From contig NC_086128.1 in NCBI RefSeq assembly GCF_963921235.1, positions 15,500,001 through 15,564,000 on the forward strand: DNA of 64,000 nt, read 5' to 3'. The position numbers and the translations under genes are program-made. Position 1 is the stretch's first letter. Each line of letters starts with the position of its first letter. The notes under the pieces were generated by a model that saw nothing but the letters and a program-made list of their open reading frames with translations, was not told where the DNA came from and ran no database searches. The DNA comes from Mobula hypostoma. Lineage: Eukaryota. This document shows positions 24,034 to 36,872 of the stretch, in pieces.

Positions 24034-26567
24034 TTTGAATGCCAAAATTGGGACTGGTTAAATTGATTGGGTTAAATTCCCGAGTAAATAAAAGGGCAAA
24101 CAGCAGAAATGGAGATTGAGGAATTTCTAAAGGTGCCAACCTTGGAGGCATTAGAGGATGCCAAGAAATCAGAATTGGTGACTGTTGCAAAACGGTTGAA
24201 TCTTTTTAAGGGGAAGCAGACAATGAGGAGAGTGGAGATGCACAGAGCCATCGTTAAGCATTATGTATCTAAAGGTGTGTTTCCCCACGGGGAGCTGGAG
24301 GTGGTATCTATGAGTAAAACCTGGTGGGGAGGCGGTGCAGCTGCAGATGGAAAAATTAAAGCTCGAGCATGAGTTCTGAGTAAAGCAGCTAGGAAGGGAA
24401 GAGAGAGAAGCAGCTAGAAAGGGAAGAGAGAGAGAAAGGCAGCTAGAACGGGAAGAGAGAGAGAGAAGCAGAAGGAAGGGGATTTTGAGCTGGAGAAGTT
24501 AAGGATAGCACTAGAGAGGGGCCAAATGCCGGACCAAGGTTGAGGGTTCAGGGTGGCCCAGGAGGTTAGGTTGGTTCCCCCATTTGAGGAGGCCGATGTT
24601 GATCGGTACTTTCTACATTTCGAAAAAGTCGCTGCAAGTCAGGACTGGCCGAGGGATAAGTGGGCTGTTTTGCTTCAGAGTGTGCTTAAGGGGAAGGCTC
24701 AGCAAGCTTACTCAGCATTGTCAGCAGAAGATGCCCAGAGGTAAGATGTGGTAAAAGAGGCGATACTCAGGATTTATGAGTTGGTCCGGAGGCATACCGG
24801 CAAAGGTTCTGGAATGTGAGGAAGCAGTGGGGCCGCACGTATTTAGTGTTTGCCCGTGAGATGCAGATGTATTGTGAGCGTTGGTGCGCCTCGAAAGGGG
24901 TCACTGGGAATTATGACAAACTGGTACAGCTAATACTGATTGAGCAATTTAAAGGTTGTGTCCCTGAAGGTATGAGGCCCTGCCTAGATGAGAAAGAGGC
25001 AGAATCCTTAGCCACAACTGCTAAGTTAGCGGATGAGTACGAGTTAACACACAAAGCAAAGTTTACCCCGAGTAAGAGCTACCAGAAGGGGAGTCGAGAG
25101 GGCGGAGAAAGTCTGCCAGCAAAGCCAGAAAGTAAGCCGGGGACTAGTGAGAAGGATAAGGAAGACCGGGAGCAGTTTGGTAGGAAGTCACCTGGGGTCA
25201 TATGCTATACTTGTGGGAAAGCTGGTCACATTGCATCCAGGTGTTTTGCCCCAAAGAAGGAGACGGGGAAAGGAAAAACGAAAACTCCGACTAGCTGTAT
25301 TGAGCCAGCAAACAAAAAGCTAGGGGAGAAGAGGTCTGATAGAGTTCAGGAAGGGTGCAAGAAGTTTACTTTGGCCAGATTGGTGTCAGTGAAGGAGGGG
25401 TCAAGCCCAGTTCCAGTACGGATCTGGAGAGACACTGGGGCTTGTCAGTCATTGATCTTAAGGAAGGTGTTACACTTTAGTGCAGAGACTGAGACTGGTG
25501 AGGTCAGTGTGATAAAAGGCATTGGGAAAGGGACTGAAGTAGTACCTTTGCACCAGATATACCTGAAAAGTGACTTGGTCTCCGGACCGGTCACGATAGG
25601 GGTGAGGTCCGAATTACCGTTGGAAGACGTGGAGGTCTTACTCGGTAACGACCTTGCAGATGGAGATGTGTATCCAGCAGTAAAGCTGACGAGCAAGCCT
25701 GCCAGGACTGAGGACCCGCCCATGGATTCACAGGTTTATCTCGCTTGCGCAGTAACTCGACGCATGTCGAAAAAGGCTGCCAAAGCGAATGTGGATTTAG
25801 CTGAGATGTTTTTACCAGCCTTGTACCAGGAGGGGTTAGAAAGTGAGAAGAAGGAGCATAGTGGAGCGGAAGGAAGTGAGGGAGTTGAGGTAGATTTATC
25901 ATTAGCGAGGAAGGAACTTATACAGGCACAGGAACGAGACGAGGAGCTGATGGTTTTGACGGAGACAGCTCTCTCTGAAGCAGAAATAAAAAGGGAACCA
26001 GTGGGCTATTATGTGAAGGAGGGAGTACCGATGAGGAAGTGGAGACCAAGTACCGTGCCCGCAGATGAGGAGTAGGGGGTGGTACACCAGGTGGTAGTGC
26101 CGAAAATTTATAGGGGCGAGATTTTTAACCCGGCCCACAAGATACCCCTCGGTGGACATTCTGGGGTGAGGAAAACAGTCAATAGAATTATGAAAGAGTT
26201 TTACTGGCCGAACATGAGGAAGGATATTATTGAATATTGTAGACGGTGTCATTCCTGTCAGGTGGTAGGAAAGCCAAACCAGGTCCTGCCTAAAGCGCCC
26301 CTTCGACTGATACCTGCTTTCGGGGAAACTTTTTCCCGAACAATTGTGGATTTTGTCGGTCCCCTGCCCAGAACTGTGAGTGGGCGACAGTATGTGATGA
26401 CTATGATGTGTGCCGCCATCAGGTTTCCGGAGGCTGTGGCCCTGGCAAGCGTCAAGTCTCCCGCAGTGGTAAAGGCGCTTGTGAAATTTTTCACTACGGT
26501 GGGGCTGCCCAGGGAAATCCAGTCAGATCAGGGGAGTGTCTTCACATCTCACACATTCCGACGCATT

Positions 26568-29530
26568 AAAAAGGGCCACTTTTCAACATAATTGTACAAG
26601 GGCTAAGAGAGTTGTAAAAGAGCGCCTGAAGGCTTTATGTGTCAATGCAAGGAGCATTCGTAATAAGGTGGATGAATTGAAAGTGCAGATTGTTATTAAT
26701 GATTATGTATAGTTGGGATCACAGAGACATGGCTCCAGGGTGACCAGGGATGGGAGCTCAACGTTCAGGGATATTCAATATTCAGGAGGGATAGACATGA
26801 AGGAAGGGGAGGTGGGGTGGCGTTGCTGGTTAAAGAAGAGATTAACGCAATAGAAGGGAAGGACATAAGCCGGGAAGATGTGGAATCGATATGGATAGAG
26901 CTGCGTAACACTAAGGGGCAGAAGACGCTGGTGGGAGTTGTGTACAGGCCACCTAACAGTAGTAGTGAGGTCGGAGATGGTATTAAACAGGAAATTAGAA
27001 ATGTGTGCAATAAAGGAACAGCAGTTATAATGGGTGACTTCAATCTACATGTAGACTGGGTGAACCAAATTGGTAAAGGTGCTGAGGAAGAGGATTTCTT
27101 GGAATGTATGCGGGATGGTTTTTTGAACCAACATGTCGAGGAACCAACTAGAGAGCAGGCTATTCTGGACTGGGTTTTGAGCAATGAGGAAAGGTTAATT
27201 AGCGATCTTGTCGTGAGAGGCCCCTTGGGTAAGAGTGACCATAATATGGTGGAATTCTTCATTAATATGGAGAGTGACATAGTTAATTCAGAAACAAAGG
27301 TTCTGAACTTAAAGAGGGGTAACTTTGAAGGTATGAGACGTGAATTAGCTAAGATAGACTGGCAAATGACACTTAAAGGATTGACGGTGGATATGCAATG
27401 GCAAGCATTTATAGGTTGCATGGATGAACTACAACAATTGTTCATCCCAGTTTGGCAAAAGAATAAATCAAGGAAGGTAGTGCACCCGTGGCTGACAAGA
27501 GAAATTAGGGATAGTATCAATTCCAAAGAAGTAGCATACAAATTAGCCAGAGAAAGTGGCTCACCTGAGGACTGGGAGAAATTCAGAGTTCAGCAGAGGA
27601 GGACAAAGGGCTTAATTAGGAAGGGGAAAAAAGATTATGAGAGAAAACTGGCAGAGAACATAAAAACGGACTGTAAAAGCTTTTATAGATATGTAAAAAG
27701 GAAAAGACTGGTAAAGACAAATGTAGGTCCCCTGCAGACAGAAACAGGTGAATTGATTATGGGGAGCAAGGACATGGCAGACCAATTGAATAATTACTTT
27801 GGTTCTGTCTTCACTAAGGAGGACATAAATAATCTTCCAGAAATAGTAAGGGACAGAGGGTCCAGTGAGATGGAGGAACTGAGTGAAATACATGTTAGTA
27901 GGGAAGTGGTGTTAGATAAATTGAAGGGATTGAAGGCAGATAAATCCCCAGGGCCAGATGGTCTGCATCCTAGAGTGCTTAAGGAAGTAGCCCAAGAAAT
28001 AGTGGATGCATTAGTGATAATTTTTCAAAACTCGTTAGATTCTGGACTAGTTCCTGAGGATTGGAGGGTGGCTAATGTAACCCCAATTTTTAAAAAAGGA
28101 GGGAGAGAGAAACCGGGGAATTATAGACCGGTTAGCCTAACGTCGGTGGTGGGGAAACTGCTGTAGTCAGTTATCAAGGATGTGATAACAGCACATTTGG
28201 AAAGCGGTGAAATGATCGGACAAAGTCAGCATGGATTTGTGAAAGGAAAATCATGTCTGACGAATCTCATAGAATTTTTTGAGGATGTAACTAGTAGAGT
28301 GGATAGGGGAGAACCAGTGGATGTGGTATATTTGGATTTTCAAAAGGCTTTTGACAAGGTTCCACACAGGAGATTAGTGTGCAAACTTAAAGCACACGGT
28401 ATTGGGGGTAAGGTACTGGTGTGGGTGGAGAATTGGTTAGCAGACAGGAAGCAAAGAGTGGGAATAAAAGGGACCTTTTCAGAATGGCAGGCGGTGACTA
28501 GTGGGGTACCGCAAGGCTCAGTGCTGGGACCCCAGTTGTTTACAATATATATTAATGACTTGGATGAGGGAATTAAATGCAGCATCTCCAAGTTTGCGGA
28601 TGGCACGAAGCTGGGCGGCAGTGTTAGCAGTGAGGAGGATGCTAAGAGGATGCAGGGTGACTTGGATAGGTTGGGTGAGTGGGCAAACTCATGGCAGATG
28701 CAATTTAATGTGGATAAATGTGAAGTTATCCACTTTGGTGGCAAAAATAGGAAAACAGATTATTATCTGAATGGTGGCCGATTAGGAAAAGGGGAGGTGC
28801 AACGAGACCTGGGTGTCATTATACACCAGTCATTGAAAGTGGACATGCAGGTACAGCAGGTGGTGAAAAAGGCCAATGGTATGCTGGCATTTATAGCGAG
28901 AGGATTCGAGTACAGGAGCAGGGAGGTACTACTGCAGTTGTACAAGGCCTTGGTGAGACCACACCTGGAGTATTGTGTGCAGTTTTGGTCCCCTAATCTG
29001 AGGAAAGACATCTTTGCCATAGAGGGAGTACAAAGAAGGTTCACCAGATTGATTGCTGGGATGGCAGGACTTTCATATGAAGAAAGACTGGATGAACTGG
29101 GCCTGTACTCGTTGGAATTTAGAAGATTGAGGGGGGATCTGATTGAAACGTATAAGATCCTAAAGGGATTGGACAGGCTAGATGCAGGAAGATTGTTCCC
29201 GATGTTGGGGAAGTCCAGAACGAGGGGTCACAGCTTGAGGATAGAGGGGAAGCCTTTTAGGACCGAGATTAGGAAAAACTTCTTCACACAGAGAGTGGTG
29301 AATCTGTGGAATTCTCTGCCACAGCAAATTGTTGAGGCCAGTTCATTGGCTATGTTTAAGAGGGAGTTAGATATGGCCCTTGTGGCTACAGGGGTCAGGG
29401 GGTATGGAGGGAAGGCTGGGGTGGGGTTCTGAGTTGGATGATCAGCCATGATCATAATAAATGGCGGTGCAGGCTCGAAGGGCCGAATGGCCTACTCCTG
29501 CACCTATTTTCTATGTTTCTATGTTTCTAT
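26568..29530 (+). mobile_element. Young CR1 LINE (near-complete ORF2) inserted in the Gmr1 integrase
   Basis: VNARSIRNK endonuclease start; ORFs 26817-28166 and 28182-29432 in the same frame, separated by one TAG; (TTTCTATG)n tail ending at 29530. Confidence 0.93.
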
Positions 29531-31739
29531 GAGATGGGAGCAAAGCAGATTTTGGCCTCCGCATACCACCCGAAGTCTCAAGGGGCGTTGGAAGGATTCC
29601 ACGCAACGTTAAAGACCATGATTAAAACTTATTGTCAAAAGGACGCTAGAGACTGGGATGATGCCTTGCCTCTCTTGTTATTTGCCGTAAGGGACACGGT
29701 TCAGGAGTCATTGGGTTTCAGCCCATTTGAGCTCGTCTTCGGTCATAGGCCCAGAGGACCTCTGACCTTACTGTAAGAGCAATGGTCCAGCCCGACACTA
29801 CAAATCAATGTGATTGATTATGTTTTAAAATTTTGTGAGAGGCTTAAAAGGATCTATGACCTTGCCAAAGAAAACAAAAATGAAACAGTGGTATGATAGA
29901 CGAGCCCGAGAGCAAGTGTTTCAACCGGGCGATAGGGTCTTAGTTCTGTTTCCAGTGGTAACCAACCCCCTCCAGGCAAGATTCAACGGTCCGTACAAAG
30001 TGATTAAAACGATAGACTCTTTGAATTATGTTATTGAAACGCCAGACAGATGTAAGCCGACACAATTAGTGCATATTAATATGTTAAAAGCTTACCATGA
30101 TGAGAAAGCAGATCTAGTCGGTGTAATCACAAAAATAAATGAGGCTGGGGTGCGAAATGATAAGGGGAAAACCCATCTTGAAAAGATAAATATGGTGCTG
30201 ACCAGATTGGAGAACTCTATTGTTTTGGCCAACTTTGCTTATAAGGTCTCTCATTTAACCCCTGAACAGAGTGAGCCGCTGATAAAGCTAATTAACCGGC
30301 ATGCAGATGTATGTCCGGATGTCCCGAGGCGATGCAAGGGGAGGGTACATGATGTTATTGTTACATCAGATCAGCCTATTAAGCAACACCCCTATAGGAT
30401 GAACTTGGAGAAGGGCAAGCTAGTGGAGAAAGAAATTGAACACATGCTAGCCACAGGTATTATTAGGCCATCCAAATCGGAATGGGCTTCTCCCTGTGTG
30501 GTTGTCCCGAAACCCGATGGGAGCATACGATTCTGTACACATTACAGAAAGGTGAACGCCATCACAAAAACTGATGCTTACCCCATCCCAATGGTAGACG
30601 ATTGCATCGATAAATTGGGGAGGGCTAAGTACATCACAAAGATCGATTTGCTAAAAGGGTACTGGTGTGTTCCTTTAACCGACCGGGCTAGAGAAATCTC
30701 AGCATTTGTCACTCCATCCGGGTTATACGAGTATAATGTCTTACCTTTTGTCATGAAGAACGCCCCAGGGACCTTACAAAGGATGATTAATTCAGTGATA
30801 AAAGGGTTAAAGAATGCAGAAGCGTATATTGACGATTTGGTGGTCTGGAGTGACACGTGGGAGGAGCACATTGTGGCAGTAGAGGAACTGTTTAAACGGC
30901 TGTCTGAAGCCAACCTGACAGTGAACCTCGTGAAAAGTGAGCTCGGCCACGCTAAGGTCACTCATCTGGGGTATGTGGTAGGACAGGGGCAGCTGGCACC
31001 GATGCAGTCTAAGGTGCAGGCTATCTCTGAAGTTCCCATCCCGACGGACAAGAGGGCCCTGAGAAGGTTTTTGGGGATGGTGGGGTACTATAGGAAGTTT
31101 TGCAAAAACTTTGCGGATATTACCCTCCCTCTTACTAAGCTCTTGCCGAAGAATGCGAAGTTTGTGTGGAACGACCTTTGTCAACAAGCCTTCGAGAGTC
31201 TGAAGGCGATTCTGTGTCACCACCCTGTATTGAATGTGCCTGACTTTTCAAAACCCTTCTCCCTAGCAACAGATGCTAGCGACGAAGGTGCCGGGGCGGT
31301 GCTGTTGCAGACAGACAAAGAGGAGATTGAACACCCAATGGCTTATTTTTCTAAGAAGTTTAATGTCCATCGGAGAAATTATTCCATTGTGGAAAAGGAA
31401 TTACTGGCAATCATTCTGGCATTACAACATTTTGAGGTTTATATTTGTCCGGCACGGAAACCACTGATAGTTTACACTGATCACAATCCATTAGTGTTTT
31501 TGACCACAATGAAGGATAAAAACAAATGCTTGTTAAGTTGGAGCCTGGTATTACAGGAATTTGATATAAAGATAAAACATGTAAAAGGAACCGACAAAGT
31601 GATTGCTGATTGTCTGTCCAGGTGTTAAAATTTAAAGTTCTCTGTATTAGCCGAATAGCTGATGACTACCTGTATATTAGTGTGTATTTTATAATGTGCA
31701 TTCATGCCCGTAATTTTTACCCCCGGTAAAAATCCTTTT

Positions 31740-31750
31740 AAGGGTGGGGG
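31740..31750 (+). promoter_or_regulatory. Polypurine tract of the Gmr1-like element
   Basis: aagggtggggg immediately before the 3' LTR. Confidence 0.75.
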
Positions 31751-32601
31751 TGTCATGTGTGAAGCCAAGCAGAGCTGCAGAACGGATGATGCTAATGAGA
31801 TAGATAACGAGAGACAACAGAGAACCATTCAAAATGCTAATAAGAGAGAAGAGAGAGATTAACGAGAGAGAGACACATAATTCAGTATGTGGCGTCTGCC
31901 ACAGACAGTTTGCTTTGAACCTGAACTGTTCACTAACAAATCCTGCTGAGACAATAGGAAGTGTGAAGTTTGATGGACAGGTGATACCCCATCAAGGGGA
32001 TAAAAATAGCGGGTTTGCTAAGACACGGGACACACGCCATGAGACCCTGGAAAGAGCATTGTGCCCCACAAGTCGGTGGGAGTTTGGAGGACCGATTCGC
32101 GGGAATTGGTCAGAGGCTCACAGGGTATAAAGGTACGATCGGAGGGAACCTGGTGTGTGTCCGCCCTTGCCTGGGTGCCGGGTTCACCACAGAAGAACGA
32201 TCGCATCCAGAACGGAGGAGTCACAGTTGGTGACCACAGTGGGATCAGAAGGCATCGAAAGGTTTGCCTGAAACCAACTGTAACCACTCTCTCTCTCTCT
32301 CTCTCCAACGGTACAACAACAGCGATTACTTCGAACTACACTAGACTGAACTGAACTCTGCTTCACCTTAAGACTGATCATTTTACCCCAAGACTGCGAT
32401 AGAGCTTGGTTGATTCCTATTACCCTATTTCTGTGTATATGTGTGTACTATCATTGCTAACCTGTTACATTTATAGCCTTGTGGTTAGTGTACCGTATTA
32501 CTTATTTCTTTAATAAAACTTTATTAGTTCCTAGTAATCACAGACTCTAACGAGTGTTCCATTTCTGCTGGTTTGACAACCCAGTTACGGGGTACGTAAC
32601 A
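31751..32601 (+). repeat. 3' LTR of the Gmr1-like element
   Basis: Direct repeat of 23161-24011. Confidence 0.95.
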
Positions 32602-33084
32602 TAAGCAAGTTCAAGGAAGTTTGTAGACCAGACTGATGTTGTCACTTAGCATACCAAACACAGCCACAGTATAGGCAATCAATAGTGGGTGGAATTTGTG
32701 TACTCAGAGAATCAGCTCTCATGAAGACTAATCTTGGGCATCTAGCTCTCTATTTTCAGAAGTTTTTAGAATATCTGTGTCAATTTGTTAGTTCCGGCTA
32801 AGTTATTTGAACATTCAGAGGTGTCTGTCATGATAGATATGTAATTCAAAGGAGGCATCGTCAACCCAGAATGTTGAAGTAAATGATGTCGTTGTAGCTA
32901 TTGAAATCCTATTGAATCACCTACTGTTGCCTTTGATCTTAAGGGTATAAAATACGATGTACATTTGAGTTTGTGAGATTCTACCAAGAAGTTCTCCCGA
33001 AGAATCCCTGCTTGTTGTGATGAATAAGGACCTCTACAGTTTATTACCAGCTTCAGTGTCTTTCCAGTGACTTCAATCACACTC

Positions 33085-34578
33085 ACAACACCATATGCCT
33101 TCTTAACCACCCTATCAACCTGTGTAAACACTTCCAAGCAGCTGTGAACTTGGATCTCAAGATCCCTTTGCTCATTAATACTATGAAGTGTCTTACCCTT
33201 AACAGTGTTCTGTCTCTTTTCAATTGACCTTCTGAGATGTAACACTTCAACTTTTCCTGGGTTAAACTCCATCTGCCATTTCTCCTCTCATATCTGCAAC
33301 TGATAGATATCACACTGTATTCTTTGAAATTCCTCTACTCTATCCAAAACGCCACCAATCTTCATATCATCTGCGAATTTACTAACCCACTCATCTGCAT
33401 TTTCACCCAGGCCATTTATATACATCACAAACAGCAGAGGTCCCAGTACAGATCCTTGTGGAACACCACTAATTACAGACCTCCAGCAAGAACAAGTCCT
33501 TTCGACCACTACCCTCTGTTTTCTATGGCAAGCCATTTCTTAATCCAAATGGCCAATTACCATAGATCAAATGCATCTTAATCTTCTGGATGAGCCTCTC
33601 ATGAGGGATCTTGTCAAATACCTTACTCAAATCCATGTAGACAACATCCACCACTCTACCTTCATCAATCACCCTTGTCAAAAAACACAATTAAGTTAGT
33701 AAGATGCAACTTGCCCCGCACAAAGCCATGCTGGCTTTTCCGAATTAGGCCATGGTTTTCCAAATGCTCATAAATCCCATCCCTAAGATTTCTCTCCAGT
33801 AACTTCTCTACCACTGACGTGAGACTCACCAGTTCCCAGGATTATCCCTGGTTCCCTTCTTGAACAATGGAACAACATTAGCTACTTGCCAGTCCTCCAG
33901 GACCTCACCTGTGGCTGGAGAGGACACAAAGATATTGGTCAAGTCCAAAGGAATCTATCCTTTTGTCTATCGCAATATCCTGGGGTATATCCCATCAGAT
34001 CCTAGGGACTTATCCACCATAGTACTCTTTCAGAGACCCAACACTACCTCCTCCTTTACCTCAAAATTCACTAGCATATCAATATACTTGACAGCGCTCT
34101 CCTTACCTCAATGTCCTCTTTTATAAATACTGATATAAAGTACTCATTAAGGACCTCACCCACATCCTCCACATCTAAACAGATGCTCCCTGCTTTATCT
34201 TTGAGTGGTCCTATCCGCTCCTTATTTACCTTCTTGCTCTTGATTTACATATGTATAGAATGCCTTGGGACTCTTAATCCTACTTGCCAAGAACCTTTAA
34301 TGGCCCTCCTGGATTTCCTAATTCCCTTCTTTTCTGGCTTCTTATAATCCTCAAGGGCTCTGTTTGATTCTAGTTTCGTTTTTCTTCTTGACTAGATTCA
34401 TTACCTCTCTCAACATCCAAGATTCTCTTACCTTCCCATTTTTGTCCTTCCTTCTGACAGGAATATATCTGTCCTGCACTCTGTGCAGTTGGTCTTTAAA
34501 CAACCTCCACATGTCAGATGTGGACTTGCCAAAAAATAGCTGTTCCCAGTCAACTCTCTCTAGTTCCTGCCTAATCCT
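33085..34578 (-). mobile_element. Decayed CR1 ORF2 fragment
   Basis: [14 protein letters not shown] and [11 protein letters not shown]. Confidence 0.85.
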
Positions 34579-35560
34579 TGTGCAATTGGATCCTGGATTT
34601 TCTCACCTGCAGACCCCAGTCAGTTTGGATTAGCAACAACATCTCCTCCACAATATCCATCAGCACAGGTGCACCACAAGGCTGTGTGCACAGTCCCCTG
34701 CTCTGCTTACTTTACACTTATGACTGCGAGGCTAAATTCATTTCCAATGTCACATTCAAGTTTTCTGATGACACCACTATCGTAGGCTGAATCAAAGGTG
34801 GTGATGAATCAGCATATAGGAGGGAGATTGAAAATCTGGCTGAGTGGTGCCATAACAACAACCTCTCACTCAACATTAGCAAGACAAAGGATCTGATTAC
34901 TGACTTCAGGAGAAGGAAACCAGGGGTCCATGAGCCAGTCCTCAGCTGAAGATCAGAGATGGAGAGGGTTACCAACTGTAAATTCTTCAGTGTTATTATT
35001 TCAGAGGACCTGTCCTGGGCCCAGCACATAAGTGCAACTATGAAGAAAGCACGGCAGCGCCTCTATTTTCTTAGGAGTTTGCAGAGATTTTCCATGACAT
35101 CTAAAACTTTGACAAACTTTCATAGATATGTAGTGGAGAGTATATTGACTGGCTGCAGCTTGGTATAGAAACACCAATGCCCTTGAATGGAAAATCCTAT
35201 GAAAAGTAGTGGATATGGCCCGGTCCATCATGGGTAAAGCCCTCTCCACCACTGAGCATATTTAAATGGACCATCGTCACAGGAAAGCAGCATCCATCAT
35301 CAGGGACCCCTACCACCCAGGACATACTCTCTTCTCACTGCTGCCATCAGGAAGAAGGTACAGGAGCCTCAGGACTCACACCACCAGGTTCAGGAACAGT
35401 TATTGCCCCTCAACCAACAGGCTCCTGAGCTTGAGGGAATAACTTCACTTGCCCCATCACTGAAATGTTTCCACAGCCAATAGACTCACTTTCAAGGACT
35501 CTTCCTCTTATAGTCTCTATATCTTTTGCTTATTTATTTATTATTATGTTATTATTTTAT
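34579..35560 (+). mobile_element. Rex1/Babar LINE RT and 3' fragment
   Basis: WILDFLT...[12 protein letters not shown]...[10 protein letters not shown]; KKARQRLYFLR. Confidence 0.85.
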
Positions 35561-35910
35561 TCCACAGCTTCACCACAGTCTGGCTAAAGAAATTCCTCCA
35601 CATCTCTATTCTAAAGGGACGCCCCTCTACTCTGAAGCTCTCCCCTCTGGCTGTAGACTCCACCACTATAGGAGATATACTCTCCACTTCTACTCTATCT
35701 AGGCCTTTCAACAGTCAATAGTTTCAGTGAGATCCCCTCTCATTCTTTTTAAGTCCAGCAAGTACAGGCCCAGAGTCACCAAATTCCTCATGTGTTAATC
35801 CTTTCATTTACAGAAGCATTCTCGTGAACCTCCTCTGGACCCTCTCCTACGCCAGCACATCATTTCTCAGATGTGATAAGGGGCCCAAAAGTGCTCCCAA
35901 TACTCTAAAT
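35561..35910 (-). mobile_element. Decayed CR1 3' ORF2 fragment
   Basis: Homology to 12370-12700. Confidence 0.7.
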
Positions 35911-36872
35911 GCGTCCATATACTCCAAATCTCCTACACCACGCAATATCTGATCAAATGCCTTCTGGAATTCTAAGTATAGTATATCTACCGGTTCCTCC
36001 TTGTCCACAGCAAAAGCTAACTTCAGTAATGGTGATGGTGACCATGACCGTGCTGTCAGTAGGTTGTGTTCAAACGTGGGTAAACGGGACTAGGTCAGTT
36101 GGGCAACTCACTTGTATAGCTCTGTAACTTAACACTGAAAGATTGGTAGAGATGACCAAAATGTGGCAAACCAGTAGATGTTAAGAAATCACATAGGAAG
36201 AAAGAGAGGCAGAGTTTAGGAAGAGAATTCCAGGCCATGCTGTTCAAGACACTGCAATCGATGAAGAAACTATCTAATTGTCAGAGTTGGAAGATCAAAC
36301 AGGTCTCAGATGGTTTGGAGAGTAGGAGATATAGAGGTTGTGTTGTATAGAGGTTGAGGTCATGAAGGGAATTGGAAACAAGAATGAGAATTTTTAAATT
36401 GAAATCCTACTTACATGGAAATTTTAAAACAAAAGTTCTATCTATCTTTGGATGGATATAAATGTAGCAGCTACTATCTGAATAAAAGCAAGAAATTCCC
36501 CTTGTGACTTGACTAATGAAGTTGGAATAAATAATATCATTGTTATCTTGTTGGTGTCTGTCAGAACCGGTGGAAAGAGATAGTACTTTTAATGGTAACT
36601 GAACTCCAAAATTATGCCCAAAAGTATTTTTGAGACCAGTTTTCTTTATTTATTCATTCATGGGACTTGGACAACATTGCCAAGGACAATAATTTATTGT
36701 CTATCTTTCATTGTTTGTTGTTCTGACAGTTAAAAATGGAGTTACACATGTCAGTTGGAGTAGGGATAGCAAATTTCCTTCTCTGGGAGGCATTATTGAA
36801 CCATATGTGGATTTACAGCACTCCAATAGTATCATGGGCATCATTACTGATTTATTAAATTAATTATATTTA

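Larger units (their letters stand above)
23161..32601 (+). mobile_element. Full-length Gmr1-like Ty3/Gypsy LTR retrotransposon (gag-PR-IN-RT-RH), inactivated, with a nested CR1
   Basis: Two 851-bp TG...CA LTRs, PBS and PPT; near-TSD taaa/taag. Gag from 24109, CCHC knuckle CYTCGKAGHIASRC, protease RDTGA, integrase 26079-26567 plus 29531 onward, RT YIDD and RNase H ending at 31628. Confidence 0.95.

Noticed and set aside
24016-24040. tRNA-Pro-like sequence
   Set aside because: Only the 18-nt complement of the tRNA 3' end next to an LTR, so a PBS rather than a tRNA gene
24380-24480. Purine-rich imperfect tandem repeats (gcagctagaa...gaagagagaga) as a separate satellite
   Set aside because: They encode the Glu/Arg-rich coiled-coil part of the Gmr1 Gag
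26765-29455. Long antisense ORFs over CR1 ORF2 (also 12267-14524 and 30578-31223 over the Gmr1 RT)
   Set aside because: Shadow frames opposite retroelement coding sequence, with no independent evidence
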